The position numbers and the translations under genes are program-made. Positions 33,638 to 44,378 of a stretch of 64,000 bases of DNA are shown one piece after another (position 1 is the stretch's first letter; the number at the start of each line of letters is the position of its first letter). Source of the stretch: Escherichia coli (GTDB lineage: Bacteria; Pseudomonadota; Gammaproteobacteria; Enterobacterales; Enterobacteriaceae). The stretch lies in the NCBI RefSeq assembly GCF_022846255.1, contig NZ_AP025682.1; one strand, 5' to 3'. A model generated the notes under the pieces. The model saw only the letters and a program-made list of their open reading frames with translations. It had not been told where the DNA came from and did no database searches.

Positions 33638-35023
33638 TTACTTACGACGCCAGGTGGTCCCTTGTGGGCCATCTTCCAGCACGATCCCCATCTCGTTAAG
33701 ACGGTCACGCGCCGCATCTGCCGCCGCCCAGTCTTTCGCTTTACGGGCATCCAGACGCTGTTGAATTAACGCTTCAATCTCAGCCACTTCGCTGTCGTCT
33801 GCCTGCGCGCCGCTTTGCAGGAACGCTTCTGGTTCTTGCTCCAGCAGGCCCAATACGGCGGAAAGTTTACGCAGATGAGACGCCATTGCGTTCGCCGCTG
33901 CCATATCTTCTGCTTTCAGACGGTTCACTTCACGGGCCATATCAAACAGCACGGAATAGGCTTCCGGGGTGTTGAAATCGTCGTCCATCGCTTCAATAAA
34001 GCGCGCTTCAAACGCTTCGCCACCGGCAGGCGCAACAGTTTTATCTGTGCCGCGCAGCGCAGTGTAGAGACGCTCCAGCGCCGCACGCGCCTGCTTCAGG
34101 TTCTCTTCGCTGTAGTTCAGCTGGCTGCGATAGTGGCCCGACATCAGGAAGTAACGCACGGTTTCAGCATCGTAGTATTTCAGCACATCGCGCACGGTAA
34201 AGAAGTTACCCAGCGATTTGGACATCTTCTCGCGGTCAACCATCACCATTCCGGAGTGCATCCAGTAGTTCACATACTGACCATCATGGGCACAGGTGGA
34301 CTGCGCGATTTCGTTTTCGTGGTGCGGGAACATCAGGTCAGAACCGCCGCCGTGGATATCAAAGTGGTTACCCAGCTGCTTGCAGTTCATTGCCGAACAT
34401 TCAATGTGCCAGCCAGGACGGCCCGCGCCCCACGGAGACGGCCAGCTCGGTTCGCCCTCTTTCGACATCTTCCACAGAACGAAGTCCATCGGGTTGCGTT
34501 TGTCGTCGACCACGTCAACGCGCGCGCCTGCCTGCAGCTGGTCGAGATCCTGACGCGACAGCACGCCATATGTCGGATCGGTCGGTACGTCAAACATCAC
34601 GTCGCCGTTGTCCGCCACATAAGCGTGACCTTTGGCGATCAGTTGTTCAGTGAGTTCAATAATTTCTGCGATATGGTGCGTCGCGCGCGGCTCCATATCC
34701 GGGCGCAAAATGTTCAACGCATCAAAATCTTTATGCATTTCGGCGATCATGCGATCCACCAGCGCCACAAAGCTTTCGCCATTTTCATTGGCGCGTTTGA
34801 TGATTTTGTCGTCGATATCAGTAATGTTGCGCACATACTTCAGCTTATAGCCGAGGAAACGCAGGTAGCGCGCGACCACGTCAAAGGCAACAAAGGTACG
34901 CCCGTGACCGATATGACAGAGATCGTAAACGGTGATTCCACACACGTACATGCCGACTTCCCCGGCGTGAATAGGCTTAAATTCCTCTTTTTGGCGTGTC
35001 AGAGTATTGAAGATTTTTAGCAT
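33638..35023 (-). CDS. cysS: Cysteinyl-tRNA synthetase
   Basis: 461 aa; HIGH (HIGH at CHIGHGRT) and KMSKS motifs present. Confidence 0.97.
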
Positions 35024-35196
35024 CGAAGATTCCGTTTAGACATGTGTGGGTAATTGAGTTGCGTATAATACCCATATTTCCCGCGCGAATCAGCATACAT
35101 TGCGTGATGATCCGATCGTGCGGTTATGCTATAACACCACCCTATATATGACCCGAACCGGGTTGAAGCACCAATCAAACGGAACAGGATGCAAAA

Positions 35197-35691
35197 ATGG
35201 TTACTTTCCACACCAATCACGGCGATATTGTCATCAAAACTTTTGACGATAAAGCACCTGAAACAGTTAAAAACTTCCTGGACTACTGCCGCGAAGGTTT
35301 TTACAACAACACCATTTTCCACCGTGTAATCAACGGCTTTATGATTCAGGGCGGCGGTTTTGAGCCGGGCATGAAACAAAAAACCACCAAAGACCCGATC
35401 AAAAACGAAGCCAATAACGGTCTGAAAAATACCCGTGGTACGCTGGCAATGGCCCGTACTCAGGCACCGCACTCTGCAACTGCACAGTTCTTCATCAACG
35501 TGGTTGATAACGACTTCCTGAACTTCTCTGGCGAAAGCCTGCAAGGTTGGGGTTACTGCGTGTTTGCTGAAGTGGTTGAAGGCATGGACGTGGTAGACAA
35601 AATCAAAGGTGTTGCAACCGGTCGTAGCGGTATGCACCAGGACGTGCCAAAAGAAGACGTTATCATTGAAAGCGTGACCGTTAGCGAGTAA
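35197..35691 (+). CDS. ppiB: Peptidyl-prolyl cis-trans isomerase B (cyclophilin)
   Basis: 164-aa cyclophilin. Confidence 0.96.
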   Translation: MVTFHTNHGDIVIKTFDDKAPETVKNFLDYCREGFYNNTIFHRVINGFMIQGGGFEPGMKQKTTKDPIKNEANNGLKNTRGTLAMARTQAPHSATAQFFINVVDNDFLNFSGESLQGWGYCVFAEVVEGMDVVDKIKGVATGRSGMHQDVPKEDVIIESVTVSE

Positions 35692-35693
35692 TC

Positions 35694-36416
35694 GTGGCGA
35701 CACTCTTTATTGCAGATCTTCATCTCTGCGCGGAAGAACCGGCGATCACCGCCGGTTTTCTGCGTTTTTTAGCGGGGGAGGCCCGCAAGGCCGATGCGCT
35801 GTATATTCTTGGCGATCTGTTTGAAGCCTGGATCGGCGACGACGATCCCAACCCGCTCCATCGCCAGATGGCGGCAGCGATCAAAGCGGTGTCCGATTCC
35901 GGCGTTCCCTGTTATTTCATTCATGGCAACCGTGATTTTCTGCTCGGCAAACGCTTTGCCCGTGAAAGCGGCATGACGTTATTGCCGGAAGAAAAGGTGC
36001 TCGAACTTTATGGTCGTCGGGTGTTGATTATGCATGGCGACACGCTGTGCACCGATGACGCGGGTTATCAGGCTTTTCGTGCCAAAGTCCACAAACCCTG
36101 GCTGCAAACGCTATTCCTCGCCCTGCCGTTGTTTGTGCGCAAACGCATTGCCGCGCGAATGCGCGCGAACAGTAAAGAAGCCAACAGCAGTAAATCGCTG
36201 GCGATCATGGACGTTAACCAAAACGCGGTGGTCAGTGCGATGGAAAAACATCAGGTGCAATGGCTGATTCACGGGCATACCCATCGCCCGGCAGTACATG
36301 AACTTATCGCCAATCAGCAACCTGCTTTCCGCGTCGTGCTGGGTGCCTGGCATACGGAAGGTTCAATGGTGAAAGTCACGGCGGATGACGTTGAGCTGAT
36401 TCATTTTCCGTTTTAA
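35694..36416 (+). CDS. lpxH: UDP-2,3-diacylglucosamine hydrolase LpxH
   Basis: 240 aa with calcineurin-like metallophosphatase motifs (DLH, GDLFE, GNRD). Confidence 0.95.
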   Translation: MATLFIADLHLCAEEPAITAGFLRFLAGEARKADALYILGDLFEAWIGDDDPNPLHRQMAAAIKAVSDSGVPCYFIHGNRDFLLGKRFARESGMTLLPEEKVLELYGRRVLIMHGDTLCTDDAGYQAFRAKVHKPWLQTLFLALPLFVRKRIAARMRANSKEANSSKSLAIMDVNQNAVVSAMEKHQVQWLIHGHTHRPAVHELIANQQPAFRVVLGAWHTEGSMVKVTADDVELIHFPF

Positions 36417-36532
36417 ATACCCGCAACTTTGCTGATTTCACAGCCACGCAACCGTTTTCCTTGCTCTCTTTCCGTGCTATTCTCTGTGCCCTCTAAAGCC
36501 GAGAGTTGTGCACCACAGGAGTTTTAAGACGC

Positions 36533-37042
36533 ATGTCTTCCCGCAATAATCCGGCGCGTGTCGCCATCGTGATGGGGTCCAAAAGCGACTGGGCTACCAT
36601 GCAGTTCGCCGCCGAAATCTTCGAAATCCTGAATGTCCCGCACCACGTTGAAGTGGTTTCTGCTCACCGCACCCCCGATAAACTGTTCAGCTTCGCCGAA
36701 AGCGCCGAAGAGAACGGTTATCAGGTGATTATTGCGGGCGCAGGCGGCGCAGCGCACCTGCCTGGCATGATTGCCGCCAAAACGCTGGTGCCGGTGCTGG
36801 GCGTGCCAGTACAGAGCGCCGCACTGAGCGGTGTCGATAGCCTCTACTCCATCGTACAAATGCCGCGCGGCATTCCGGTGGGTACGCTGGCGATTGGTAA
36901 AGCTGGCGCGGCAAACGCGGCGTTACTGGCAGCACAAATTCTTGCGACTCATGATAAAGAACTGCACCAGCGTCTGAATGAATGGCGCAAAGCACAAACT
37001 GATGAAGTGCTGGAAAACCCGGACCCGCGAGGTGCGGCATGA
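36533..37042 (+). CDS. purE: N5-carboxyaminoimidazole ribonucleotide mutase PurE
   Basis: Start [19 protein letters not shown]...; 169 aa. Confidence 0.95.
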   Translation: MSSRNNPARVAIVMGSKSDWATMQFAAEIFEILNVPHHVEVVSAHRTPDKLFSFAESAEENGYQVIIAGAGGAAHLPGMIAAKTLVPVLGVPVQSAALSGVDSLYSIVQMPRGIPVGTLAIGKAGAANAALLAAQILATHDKELHQRLNEWRKAQTDEVLENPDPRGAA

Positions 37043-38106
37043 AACAGGTTTGCGTCCTCGGTAACGGGCAGTTAGGCCGTATGCTGCGTCAGGCAGGCGA
37101 ACCGTTAGGCATTGCTGTCTGGCCAGTCGGGCTGGACGCTGAACCGGCGGCGGTGCCTTTTCAACAAAGCGTGATTACCGCTGAGATAGAACGCTGGCCG
37201 GAAACCGCATTAACCCGCGAGCTGGCGCGCCATCCGGCCTTTGTGAACCGCGATGTGTTCCCGATTATTGCTGACCGTCTGACTCAGAAGCAGCTTTTCG
37301 ATAAGCTCCACCTGCCGACCGCACCGTGGCAGTTACTTTCCGAACACAGCGAGTGGCCTGCGGTGTTTGATCGTTTAGGTGAGCTGGCGATTGTTAAACG
37401 TCGCACTGGTGGCTATGACGGACGCGGTCAATGGCGTTTACGCGCCGATGAAACCGAACAGTTACCGGCTGAATGCTACGGCGAATGTATTGTCGAGCAG
37501 GGCATAAACTTCTCAGGTGAAGTGTCGCTGGTTGGCGCGCGCGGCTTTGATGGCAGCACCGTGTTTTATCCGCTGACGCATAACCTGCATCAGAACGGCA
37601 TTTTGCGCACCAGCGTCGCTTTCCCGCAGGCCAATGCACAGCAACAGGCGCAAGCTGAAGAGATGTTGTCGGCGATTATGCAGGAGCTGAGCTATGTGGG
37701 CGTGATGGCGATGGAGTGTTTTGTCACCCCACAAGGTCTGCTGATCAACGAACTGGCTCCGCGTGTGCATAACAGCGGTCACTGGACGCAAAACGGTGCC
37801 AGCATCAGCCAGTTTGAGCTACATCTGCGGGCAATTACCGATCTGCCGTTACCGCAACCAGTAGTGAATAATCCGTCGGTGATGATCAATCTGATTGGTA
37901 GCGATCTGAATTATGACTGGCTGAAACTGCCGCTTGTGCATCTGCACTGGTACGACAAAGAAGTCCGTCCGGGCCGTAAAGTGGGGCATTTGAATTTGAC
38001 CGACAGCGACACATCGCGTCTGACCGCGACGCTGGAAGCCTTAATCCCACTGCTGCCGCCGGAGTATGCCAGCGGCGTGATGTGGGCGCAGAGCAAGTTC
38101 AGTTAA
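37039..38106 (+). CDS. purK: N5-carboxyaminoimidazole ribonucleotide synthase PurK
   Basis: 355 aa ATP-grasp protein; overlaps the purE stop by 4 nt. Confidence 0.95.
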   Translation: MKQVCVLGNGQLGRMLRQAGEPLGIAVWPVGLDAEPAAVPFQQSVITAEIERWPETALTRELARHPAFVNRDVFPIIADRLTQKQLFDKLHLPTAPWQLLSEHSEWPAVFDRLGELAIVKRRTGGYDGRGQWRLRADETEQLPAECYGECIVEQGINFSGEVSLVGARGFDGSTVFYPLTHNLHQNGILRTSVAFPQANAQQQAQAEEMLSAIMQELSYVGVMAMECFVTPQGLLINELAPRVHNSGHWTQNGASISQFELHLRAITDLPLPQPVVNNPSVMINLIGSDLNYDWLKLPLVHLHWYDKEVRPGRKVGHLNLTDSDTSRLTATLEALIPLLPPEYASGVMWAQSKFS

Positions 38107-38123
38107 TTGATGCTCATTTTCTT

Positions 38124-38310
38124 GCCGGATGCGGCGTGAACGCCTTATCCGGCCTACCGTTCCAACACCGCCTGTAGGCCTGATAAGATGCGCCAGCATC
38201 GCATCAGGCATGGTGTGCCGATTGCCGCATGCGGCGTGAACGCCTTATCCGGCCTACCGTTCCAACACCGACTGTAGGCCTGATAAGACGCGCCAGCATC
38301 GCATCAGGCT
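38124..38310. repeat. BIME: two tandem units of about 101 bp, each an inverted REP pair
   Basis: gcc(g/a)(g/c)atgcggcgtgaacgccttatccggcctac ... ctgtaggcctgataaga(t/c)gcgccagcatcgcatcaggc occurs twice in direct repeat. Confidence 0.85.
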
Positions 38311-38338
38311 AGATGTGCCAATTGCCTGGTGCCCATCA

Positions 38339-39232
38339 CTACAGCGAAATACAAGTCCCCGCTTCGCCCGCCAGCGTCTCTTCAATCCGCGATAACGCCC
38401 CAATCCACGCGGGTTTACCACGGCTTCTGACATAGCCACTCACCGCCGTTACCTTCGGCCCCATCGAACCATCGGCTTTGGCAAATGGCGCTAACTCATC
38501 CGGTGTGGCATGGCGAATGGCACGTTGCTGCGGCGTTCCCCAGTTTTCATATACCGCATCAGCATCGGTGAGGATCACCAGTCCATCGGCATTAATCTGC
38601 TCGGCGAGCAACGCAGCGGCGAGATCTTTATCAATCACCGCTTCACTCCCTGCCCCGTCTTCCGTCACAGGCACACCGCCGCCGCCACTGCAAATCACCA
38701 CATGCCCCTCTTTGAGCAACAACTCGATGGCTTCGCTGTCGAGAATTTTACGCGGTTGCGGAGACGCCACCACCCGGCGTAAATATTTACCATCACGTTT
38801 CATCTGCCAGCCGTAAGCCGCTTCCAGTGCCTCTTGTTCTTCTGGCTGATAAACCGGACCAATAAATTTCTCTGGCTGTAAAAACGCCGGATCATCAGGC
38901 GAAACCTCAATGCGCGTCAGCACCGTCGTGACAGGCGGCATCTGCGGCTGTGCGCTCAAGCTCTGCGCCAGCATATAGCCAATCATCCCCTGGCTTTCCG
39001 CCACCAGTACATCCAGCGGATACGGTTCTACCTCTTTCCACGCCAGATTCTGTAACGCCAGCAGCCCCACCTGCGGTCCGTTGCCGTGAACAATCGCCAG
39101 CCGATAAGAACGGGCCAGGCGCGCCAGCGCGGGTACAGCACTGGCAATATTGCGATATTGATTTTTTGCCGTCAGCGCCTCACCGCGCTGGAGTAAGGCG
39201 TTGCCCCCAAGAGCCACAACCAGTGTTTTCAT
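38339..39232 (-). CDS. ybcF: Carbamate kinase-like protein YbcF
   Basis: Start [15 protein letters not shown] (typical carbamate kinase N-terminus); its ATG overlaps the ylbF stop; the ORF-track N-terminal extension is rejected. Confidence 0.88.
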   Translation of the reverse strand: MKTLVVALGGNALLQRGEALTAKNQYRNIASAVPALARLARSYRLAIVHGNGPQVGLLALQNLAWKEVEPYPLDVLVAESQGMIGYMLAQSLSAQPQMPPVTTVLTRIEVSPDDPAFLQPEKFIGPVYQPEEQEALEAAYGWQMKRDGKYLRRVVASPQPRKILDSEAIELLLKEGHVVICSGGGGVPVTEDGAGSEAVIDKDLAAALLAEQINADGLVILTDADAVYENWGTPQQRAIRHATPDELAPFAKADGSMGPKVTAVSGYVRSRGKPAWIGALSRIEETLAGEAGTCISL

Positions 39233-40044
39233 GGTTTCCCTTGTAATAATTGTTGGCCAAGCCAGAACCCCAGCAGCGTATCGGCCCCTGACGTATGCCC
39301 CAGCGCCAGCAGCGAATCGATCGCCGCTGCGGTACGTTTCGGGCAACTCAGAGCATGAACAAAGTGCAGGAGTGGCGAGGCGAAATATCCTTGCGCGGCA
39401 TAACGTAAATAACTGACGCTCACCGCAGTGGTAACGAGTTGAAGATTGTCGGAACAGGCAAAAAACGGGCGACCGGAGCGCGCATCTAAAGCACCATAAT
39501 ACCAGGCCGCCAGCAGCATTCCGCTCAGCGTGTCATCATGACTTGGCGTTAATCCGGGGCCTTTACCCAGCCAGTGCCGCCAGTCGGTCTTAACGCCATT
39601 GAGCGCGGCCTGAAAACAGTGACGAAACTGGCGTAATTCAGCAGGCAGCGGATCGCTTGCCGCCAATGCCAGTGGCCCGAAAAGCCCGGTTTCCTCCGCG
39701 CGTTGCATCCATGCAACGGCAAGCGGTTGAGGATGCGCAGGCGGCGTAATACGTAGCAAACAATAACGCTGTGGCTGTTTAACCGTGAAACGCCCGAGAC
39801 GAATCCCTTGTGCCACAACCTGTGGTCGTTCATTGCCGCATAATCCACCGCATAACGCATCGAATTGCGCGCGGCGAAGCACCCATCCGCCGGGGCCGAA
39901 ACCACTCCCCTGACGATGCAGCGTTAACAGTTCGCCGCTTTCCGTCATCAGGTTAATCGCCCGCCGCCACACTCCCGCTAACCGCCAGGACTGGCGATAA
40001 TTCGGTGCGCTACGGCTGGCAAGTAGAGGATGGATGATCGTCAT
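39229..40044 (-). CDS. ylbF: YlbF (DUF2877 family), member of the fdrA-ylbE-ylbF-ybcF operon
   Basis: Start [14 protein letters not shown]...; 271 aa. Confidence 0.82.
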   Translation of the reverse strand: MTIIHPLLASRSAPNYRQSWRLAGVWRRAINLMTESGELLTLHRQGSGFGPGGWVLRRAQFDALCGGLCGNERPQVVAQGIRLGRFTVKQPQRYCLLRITPPAHPQPLAVAWMQRAEETGLFGPLALAASDPLPAELRQFRHCFQAALNGVKTDWRHWLGKGPGLTPSHDDTLSGMLLAAWYYGALDARSGRPFFACSDNLQLVTTAVSVSYLRYAAQGYFASPLLHFVHALSCPKRTAAAIDSLLALGHTSGADTLLGFWLGQQLLQGKP

Positions 40045-40054
40045 TGTGCGTTCC

Positions 40055-41314
40055 TCAACCAATCCCCATGCTTTCAGCCAGTGCTTCCAGCGCCTGTTCA
40101 AAGCACGCCAGCGGTGCCCGCACGGTGCCTGCGCCAATCTGCCCGATCCCCGCCTCTTTATGGGCGATACCGGTATTGATGAGTGGCGTAATGCCGGTTT
40201 CTACCACGCGACGAATGTCCAGCCCCAGGCACGCCCCCTGGAAATCCCAGCCGGGGATCTGCAATTGCATATTGCGTTCAAGGTAAATTTCCGCCATCTC
40301 TTCAGATACCGCTCTGGCCGCTTCCATGCCACCCGCACCGACAAAGCGCGTTACGCCAGGCGCTGCGATCATTGCCGCACCTCCGATACCAAAGGTTTCG
40401 GTAATCGCGCTATCGCCCATATCCGGGTTCGCCTGCTCCTGCGAGAAGCCGGTGAAAAACAGACCTTGCGGAGTGTTTACAGGCGCAGTAAACCAGCGTT
40501 CACCCAGCCCGCTTACCCGAATCCCGAACATATTGCCGTTGCGGGTCATAGCCGTAACGATGCTGCCTGCGCGGATCATCGCGCCTGCATCCATCGCCGC
40601 CTTGCAGTAGGCCATCGCGAGATTGAGGAAGAACTGATCGGTCACGCTGAGGAAATCCATCACTTCGGCGATGTGCTGTTTATCATGATCGAGGCGAGCA
40701 ATTTGTGGGGCCAGCGCACGCATTAACAGTGCAGAGGAAGCAATATTGCGTTGATGGAACTCATCGCCCATGGTAATGCCCTGCGCCATCATTGCCGTGA
40801 GATCGATACCGCGCTCCATGCGCCCCAGCGCCGCGCTTAATACTGGCATTAACACATCGCGCATCCAGCGATGGCGAGTCAGGACATCTTCGCCGTAAGC
40901 GCCAAAACGCATCACTTTGCCGATACCTTCGTTGAGGTTGCAGTACGCCCGGTTGCCGTCGGTCACGTTCTCGACCACCAGCATCGGCATACTGGCAGAA
41001 GTAATGCCACCCATTGGCCCGACGGCATTCACATGGTGACAAGGAATGAAGTTCACTTCCCCCTGCTCCAGTATTGCCAGCGCCTGCGCTTCATCTTTCG
41101 CCCAGCCTTCGAACAGACATGCGCCCACGCACGCCCCTTTCATGGGTCCGGTCATCTCCTGCCAGCGCATTGGCGGCCCGGCGTGAAGCAGTGTTTTGCC
41201 CTTGTTTAGTTCGCTGATAAGTGAAGAAGCCGGTTGCACATCCAGCCAGTGTGGACGAGCGCGACGAATTTGTTCGATAACCGCAGCATTGGCTTGCGCC
41301 ACTGATGTAAACAT
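40055..41314 (-). CDS. ylbE: YlbE (DUF1116 family), intact 419-aa reading frame
   Basis: Single uninterrupted ORF; recalled as a frameshifted pseudogene in MG1655. Confidence 0.85.
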   Translation of the reverse strand: MFTSVAQANAAVIEQIRRARPHWLDVQPASSLISELNKGKTLLHAGPPMRWQEMTGPMKGACVGACLFEGWAKDEAQALAILEQGEVNFIPCHHVNAVGPMGGITSASMPMLVVENVTDGNRAYCNLNEGIGKVMRFGAYGEDVLTRHRWMRDVLMPVLSAALGRMERGIDLTAMMAQGITMGDEFHQRNIASSALLMRALAPQIARLDHDKQHIAEVMDFLSVTDQFFLNLAMAYCKAAMDAGAMIRAGSIVTAMTRNGNMFGIRVSGLGERWFTAPVNTPQGLFFTGFSQEQANPDMGDSAITETFGIGGAAMIAAPGVTRFVGAGGMEAARAVSEEMAEIYLERNMQLQIPGWDFQGACLGLDIRRVVETGITPLINTGIAHKEAGIGQIGAGTVRAPLACFEQALEALAESMGIG

Positions 41315-41323
41315 GGGAACCCC

Positions 41324-42991
41324 TTATTGCAAACGTTCTAATAAACGAGCCAGTTTTTTATTGCCGCCGGCGACTGGCGACCATTGGTAATGCACAACCG
41401 GTTTGCTGGCGCTTTGTAGCTCCAGCGCAAAGCTGCGTAATCCGATGTTAATCACGGCGACGTTTTCCAGTAATGACGGTGTGTGTTGCTGTGTGGCAGG
41501 CGAGAGCGGATGAATTAATGCCGCCGCCAGCAAGGTGGCTTCCGGTAGCGAACTCACTACCGCGATCCCCGCATCTTCCAGCGTGGCAATTTGCTGCGAG
41601 CGACATTGCGGATCACGTTCAGTGCCTGTCACCGTGGCAATGGCATACAGTGGTTGATTGTCTGAACGCGCGGCACAGGCTTTTTGCCAGGCGCTCACCA
41701 GCGAGGCGGCAGGATCGGCGGTCGCACCGAAGCCAATCACGACATCAAGCAGCAACACGCGCACTTGCGGTTTAGCGCCGAGATCGGCAATTAACAGGTT
41801 GCGTAAGGTCGGGTCGATCATCGGATGGGGACGCCCGACGGTGTAAAAATCATCGCCCAGGTCGAGGATCTGATGTCCGTCGGCGTCCAGCATCATGCCA
41901 TGTTGATGGGTATCGTCGGCTTCCACGCCAAGGTGTCCGGCAAGTAATCCCGCCGCTTCAGCAGCCAGCGTACCGCCGGTATACAAACCGCAAATAAATC
42001 CGCTGCTGACAGGCGCTATCGCGTTACGTCGCGCAGTGACGCGTGAAAGCAGACAAGCCAGACGAGCGGCCTCATCCAGCGAGGAGGCAAACCAGACATT
42101 CTCGTCGCGGGCCACCGCTGGGGTATAACCTAAAAACAGCGCCACCGTCGGTTTGCCAGTTGCTTTCATGGCATTAACAATTTTCAGACGCACAGTTTCG
42201 GCAGGTGGTTTTGAAACAAATGCCAGCACTTCGCTTTTCTCGTCTGCACTGAGCATTTCCAGCGCCGTTAGCGCACTGATGCCGCCCACTTCACGGCTGA
42301 GATCGCGCCCGCCAAGACCAATCGCGTGAGTAATTCCCTCCCCTGCCAGCGCAATCTGTGAGCACAGCTCCTGAATCCCGGTACCGGAAGCGCCTATGAC
42401 GCCAATGTTGCCTTCCGGCATCACGTTAGCAAAAGCCAGCGGCGTGGCGGCAATCATCGACGTACCGCAGTCTGGCCCCATCACCAGCAAGCCTTTTTCC
42501 CGCGCGCGCGTTTTAAGTTGGATTTCATCTTCCAGCGTGACGTTATCGGAGAACATCATCACGTTGAGGTTGCGATCCAGCGCCTGGTTCGCCAGCTCCG
42601 CCGCATACTCACCAGCCACTGAAATCAGCGCCAGATTGGCATCGGGTAATTTCTGACTGGCACTGTCCCAGCGACGCACCTGCGTCAACGCCTGGCTGCT
42701 GCCTGAACCCTGCGCCAGTTGTTTTAGCGCCTCTTCAAGCTGCTGCATAACCGCCTGCGCGATCCCCGCATCCGCCGCTTCGCTACGAATTGCCACGCAA
42801 ATATCGTTCGGCGTGGCGTTATTAAAATCGTCATGCCAGAAACCTGTAGTATCTAATAACGCTTTATTGGCGGGCGTACCCATCATTACGGAAACATCAT
42901 CAACATTTTCTGATTCGCTGAGTTTTCGTGAAATAATCATTAAACTGACCGAATCCTGAAAACACCCTTTTTTAATAAAGGCGTGGATCAT
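41324..42991 (-). CDS. fdrA: FdrA (CoA-ligase/succinyl-CoA synthetase-like fold)
   Basis: 555 aa; sequence recognised as FdrA. Confidence 0.9.
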   Translation of the reverse strand: MIHAFIKKGCFQDSVSLMIISRKLSESENVDDVSVMMGTPANKALLDTTGFWHDDFNNATPNDICVAIRSEAADAGIAQAVMQQLEEALKQLAQGSGSSQALTQVRRWDSASQKLPDANLALISVAGEYAAELANQALDRNLNVMMFSDNVTLEDEIQLKTRAREKGLLVMGPDCGTSMIAATPLAFANVMPEGNIGVIGASGTGIQELCSQIALAGEGITHAIGLGGRDLSREVGGISALTALEMLSADEKSEVLAFVSKPPAETVRLKIVNAMKATGKPTVALFLGYTPAVARDENVWFASSLDEAARLACLLSRVTARRNAIAPVSSGFICGLYTGGTLAAEAAGLLAGHLGVEADDTHQHGMMLDADGHQILDLGDDFYTVGRPHPMIDPTLRNLLIADLGAKPQVRVLLLDVVIGFGATADPAASLVSAWQKACAARSDNQPLYAIATVTGTERDPQCRSQQIATLEDAGIAVVSSLPEATLLAAALIHPLSPATQQHTPSLLENVAVINIGLRSFALELQSASKPVVHYQWSPVAGGNKKLARLLERLQ

Positions 42992-43228
42992 AACAACTCC
43001 TTAAAAATTGCACCCATGGCAATTGCACGAGCAGTGTTAATGTGGCGATTACGGTATCGATGACAACGAGTAAATAAGGTGATGAATATCACACGTGGAT
43101 TATTAACAAAAGAATTCAAATAACCGCCAGACTATTACGCGTTATTTTTTAATAAGCATGGTTGTTTTAAAAACCAGGTTAAAAGCACGAAGATTATCAA
43201 ATAAATTCTAACTATATTTTTTTGCCTG

Positions 43229-43248
43229 TCTGGATCACATAATCCAGA
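43229..43248. promoter_or_regulatory. Inverted repeat TCTGGAT-cacata-ATCCAGA upstream of allD; candidate AllS (LysR-type) operator
   Basis: Perfect 7-bp arms seen directly, about 60-80 bp upstream of the allD ATG; assignment to AllS is inference. Confidence 0.4.
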
Positions 43249-43307
43249 TATTTTCCCTGTATGTTAATTGCAGTCATGCTTCACACCGTCGTTAAAAAGG
43301 AAGACAG

Positions 43308-44357
43308 ATGAAAATCAGTCGGGAAACACTCCACCAGCTAATCGAGAATAAACTCTGCCAGGCTGGGTTAAAACGTGAGCACGCTGCAACCGTGGCTGAA
43401 GTATTGGTTTACGCCGATGCCAGAGGGATCCACTCTCATGGCGCGGTGCGCGTTGAATACTACGCCGAACGCATTTCAAAAGGCGGCACCAACCGCGAAC
43501 CGGAGTTTCGTCTTGAGGAAACCGGACCGTGCTCGGCAATTTTACATGCCGACAATGCCGCCGGACAGGTCGCGGCGAAAATGGGTATGGAACATGCCAT
43601 CAAAACCGCCCAGCAAAAAGGCGTTGCGGTGGTCGGTATCAGCCGGATGGGTCACAGCGGCGCAATCTCTTATTTTGTGCAGCAGGCTGCCCGCGCCGGA
43701 TTGATTGGCATTTCGCTGTGCCAGTCCGATCCAATGGTGGTGCCGTTTGGCGGCGCGGAAATTTACTACGGCACTAACCCACTGGCCTTTGCCGCGCCGG
43801 GAGAAGGCGACGAGATCCTTACCTTTGATATGGCGACTACCGTACAGGCATGGGGAAAAGTGCTCGACGCCCGCTCGCGCAATATGTCTATCCCGGATAC
43901 CTGGGCAGTCGATAAAAACGGTGCACCAACAACCGATCCGTTCGCGGTACATGCTCTGCTCCCCGCCGCTGGGCCGAAAGGGTATGGCCTGATGATGATG
44001 ATTGACGTCCTCTCAGGCGTCTTACTCGGCTTACCGTTCGGGCGACAGGTTAGTTCGATGTATGACGATTTACACGCCGGGCGTAATTTGGGGCAATTAC
44101 ATATAGTTATTAACCCGAACTTTTTCTCCTCCAGCGAATTATTCCGTCAACATCTTAGCCAGACCATGCGCGAATTAAATACCATTACCCCCGCGCCCGG
44201 TTTTAATCAGGTTTATTATCCCGGACAGGATCAGGATATTAAACAACGCAAAGCCGCCGTCGAAGGCATCGAAATTGTTGATGATATTTACCAGTATTTA
44301 ATTTCCGACGCGCTTTATAACACGTCATACGAAACGAAAAATCCCTTTGCGCAATAA
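43308..44357 (+). CDS. allD: Ureidoglycolate dehydrogenase AllD
   Basis: 349 aa. Confidence 0.95.
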   Translation: MKISRETLHQLIENKLCQAGLKREHAATVAEVLVYADARGIHSHGAVRVEYYAERISKGGTNREPEFRLEETGPCSAILHADNAAGQVAAKMGMEHAIKTAQQKGVAVVGISRMGHSGAISYFVQQAARAGLIGISLCQSDPMVVPFGGAEIYYGTNPLAFAAPGEGDEILTFDMATTVQAWGKVLDARSRNMSIPDTWAVDKNGAPTTDPFAVHALLPAAGPKGYGLMMMIDVLSGVLLGLPFGRQVSSMYDDLHAGRNLGQLHIVINPNFFSSSELFRQHLSQTMRELNTITPAPGFNQVYYPGQDQDIKQRKAAVEGIEIVDDIYQYLISDALYNTSYETKNPFAQ

Positions 44358-44378
44358 TTATTGAGACAGGACTTTCTT

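Noticed and set aside
33815-35020. 401-aa ORF on the forward strand, antisense to cysS
   Set aside because: Lies entirely within the well-supported cysS gene on the opposite strand; long antisense ORFs are common in GC-rich coding DNA. The product is low-complexity, R/H-rich and has no recognisable motif.
35017-35703. 228-aa reverse-strand ORF overlapping ppiB
   Set aside because: Antisense to ppiB, which is a clear cyclophilin; no RBS.
38124-38310. Possible CRISPR array at the REP clusters (also 7618-7695 and 59467-59665)
   Set aside because: The repeats are imperfect palindromic REP units in alternating orientation without regular unique spacers; no cas genes in the window.
40034-40726. 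230-aa forward ORF antisense to ylbE
   Set aside because: Shadow ORF within ylbE.
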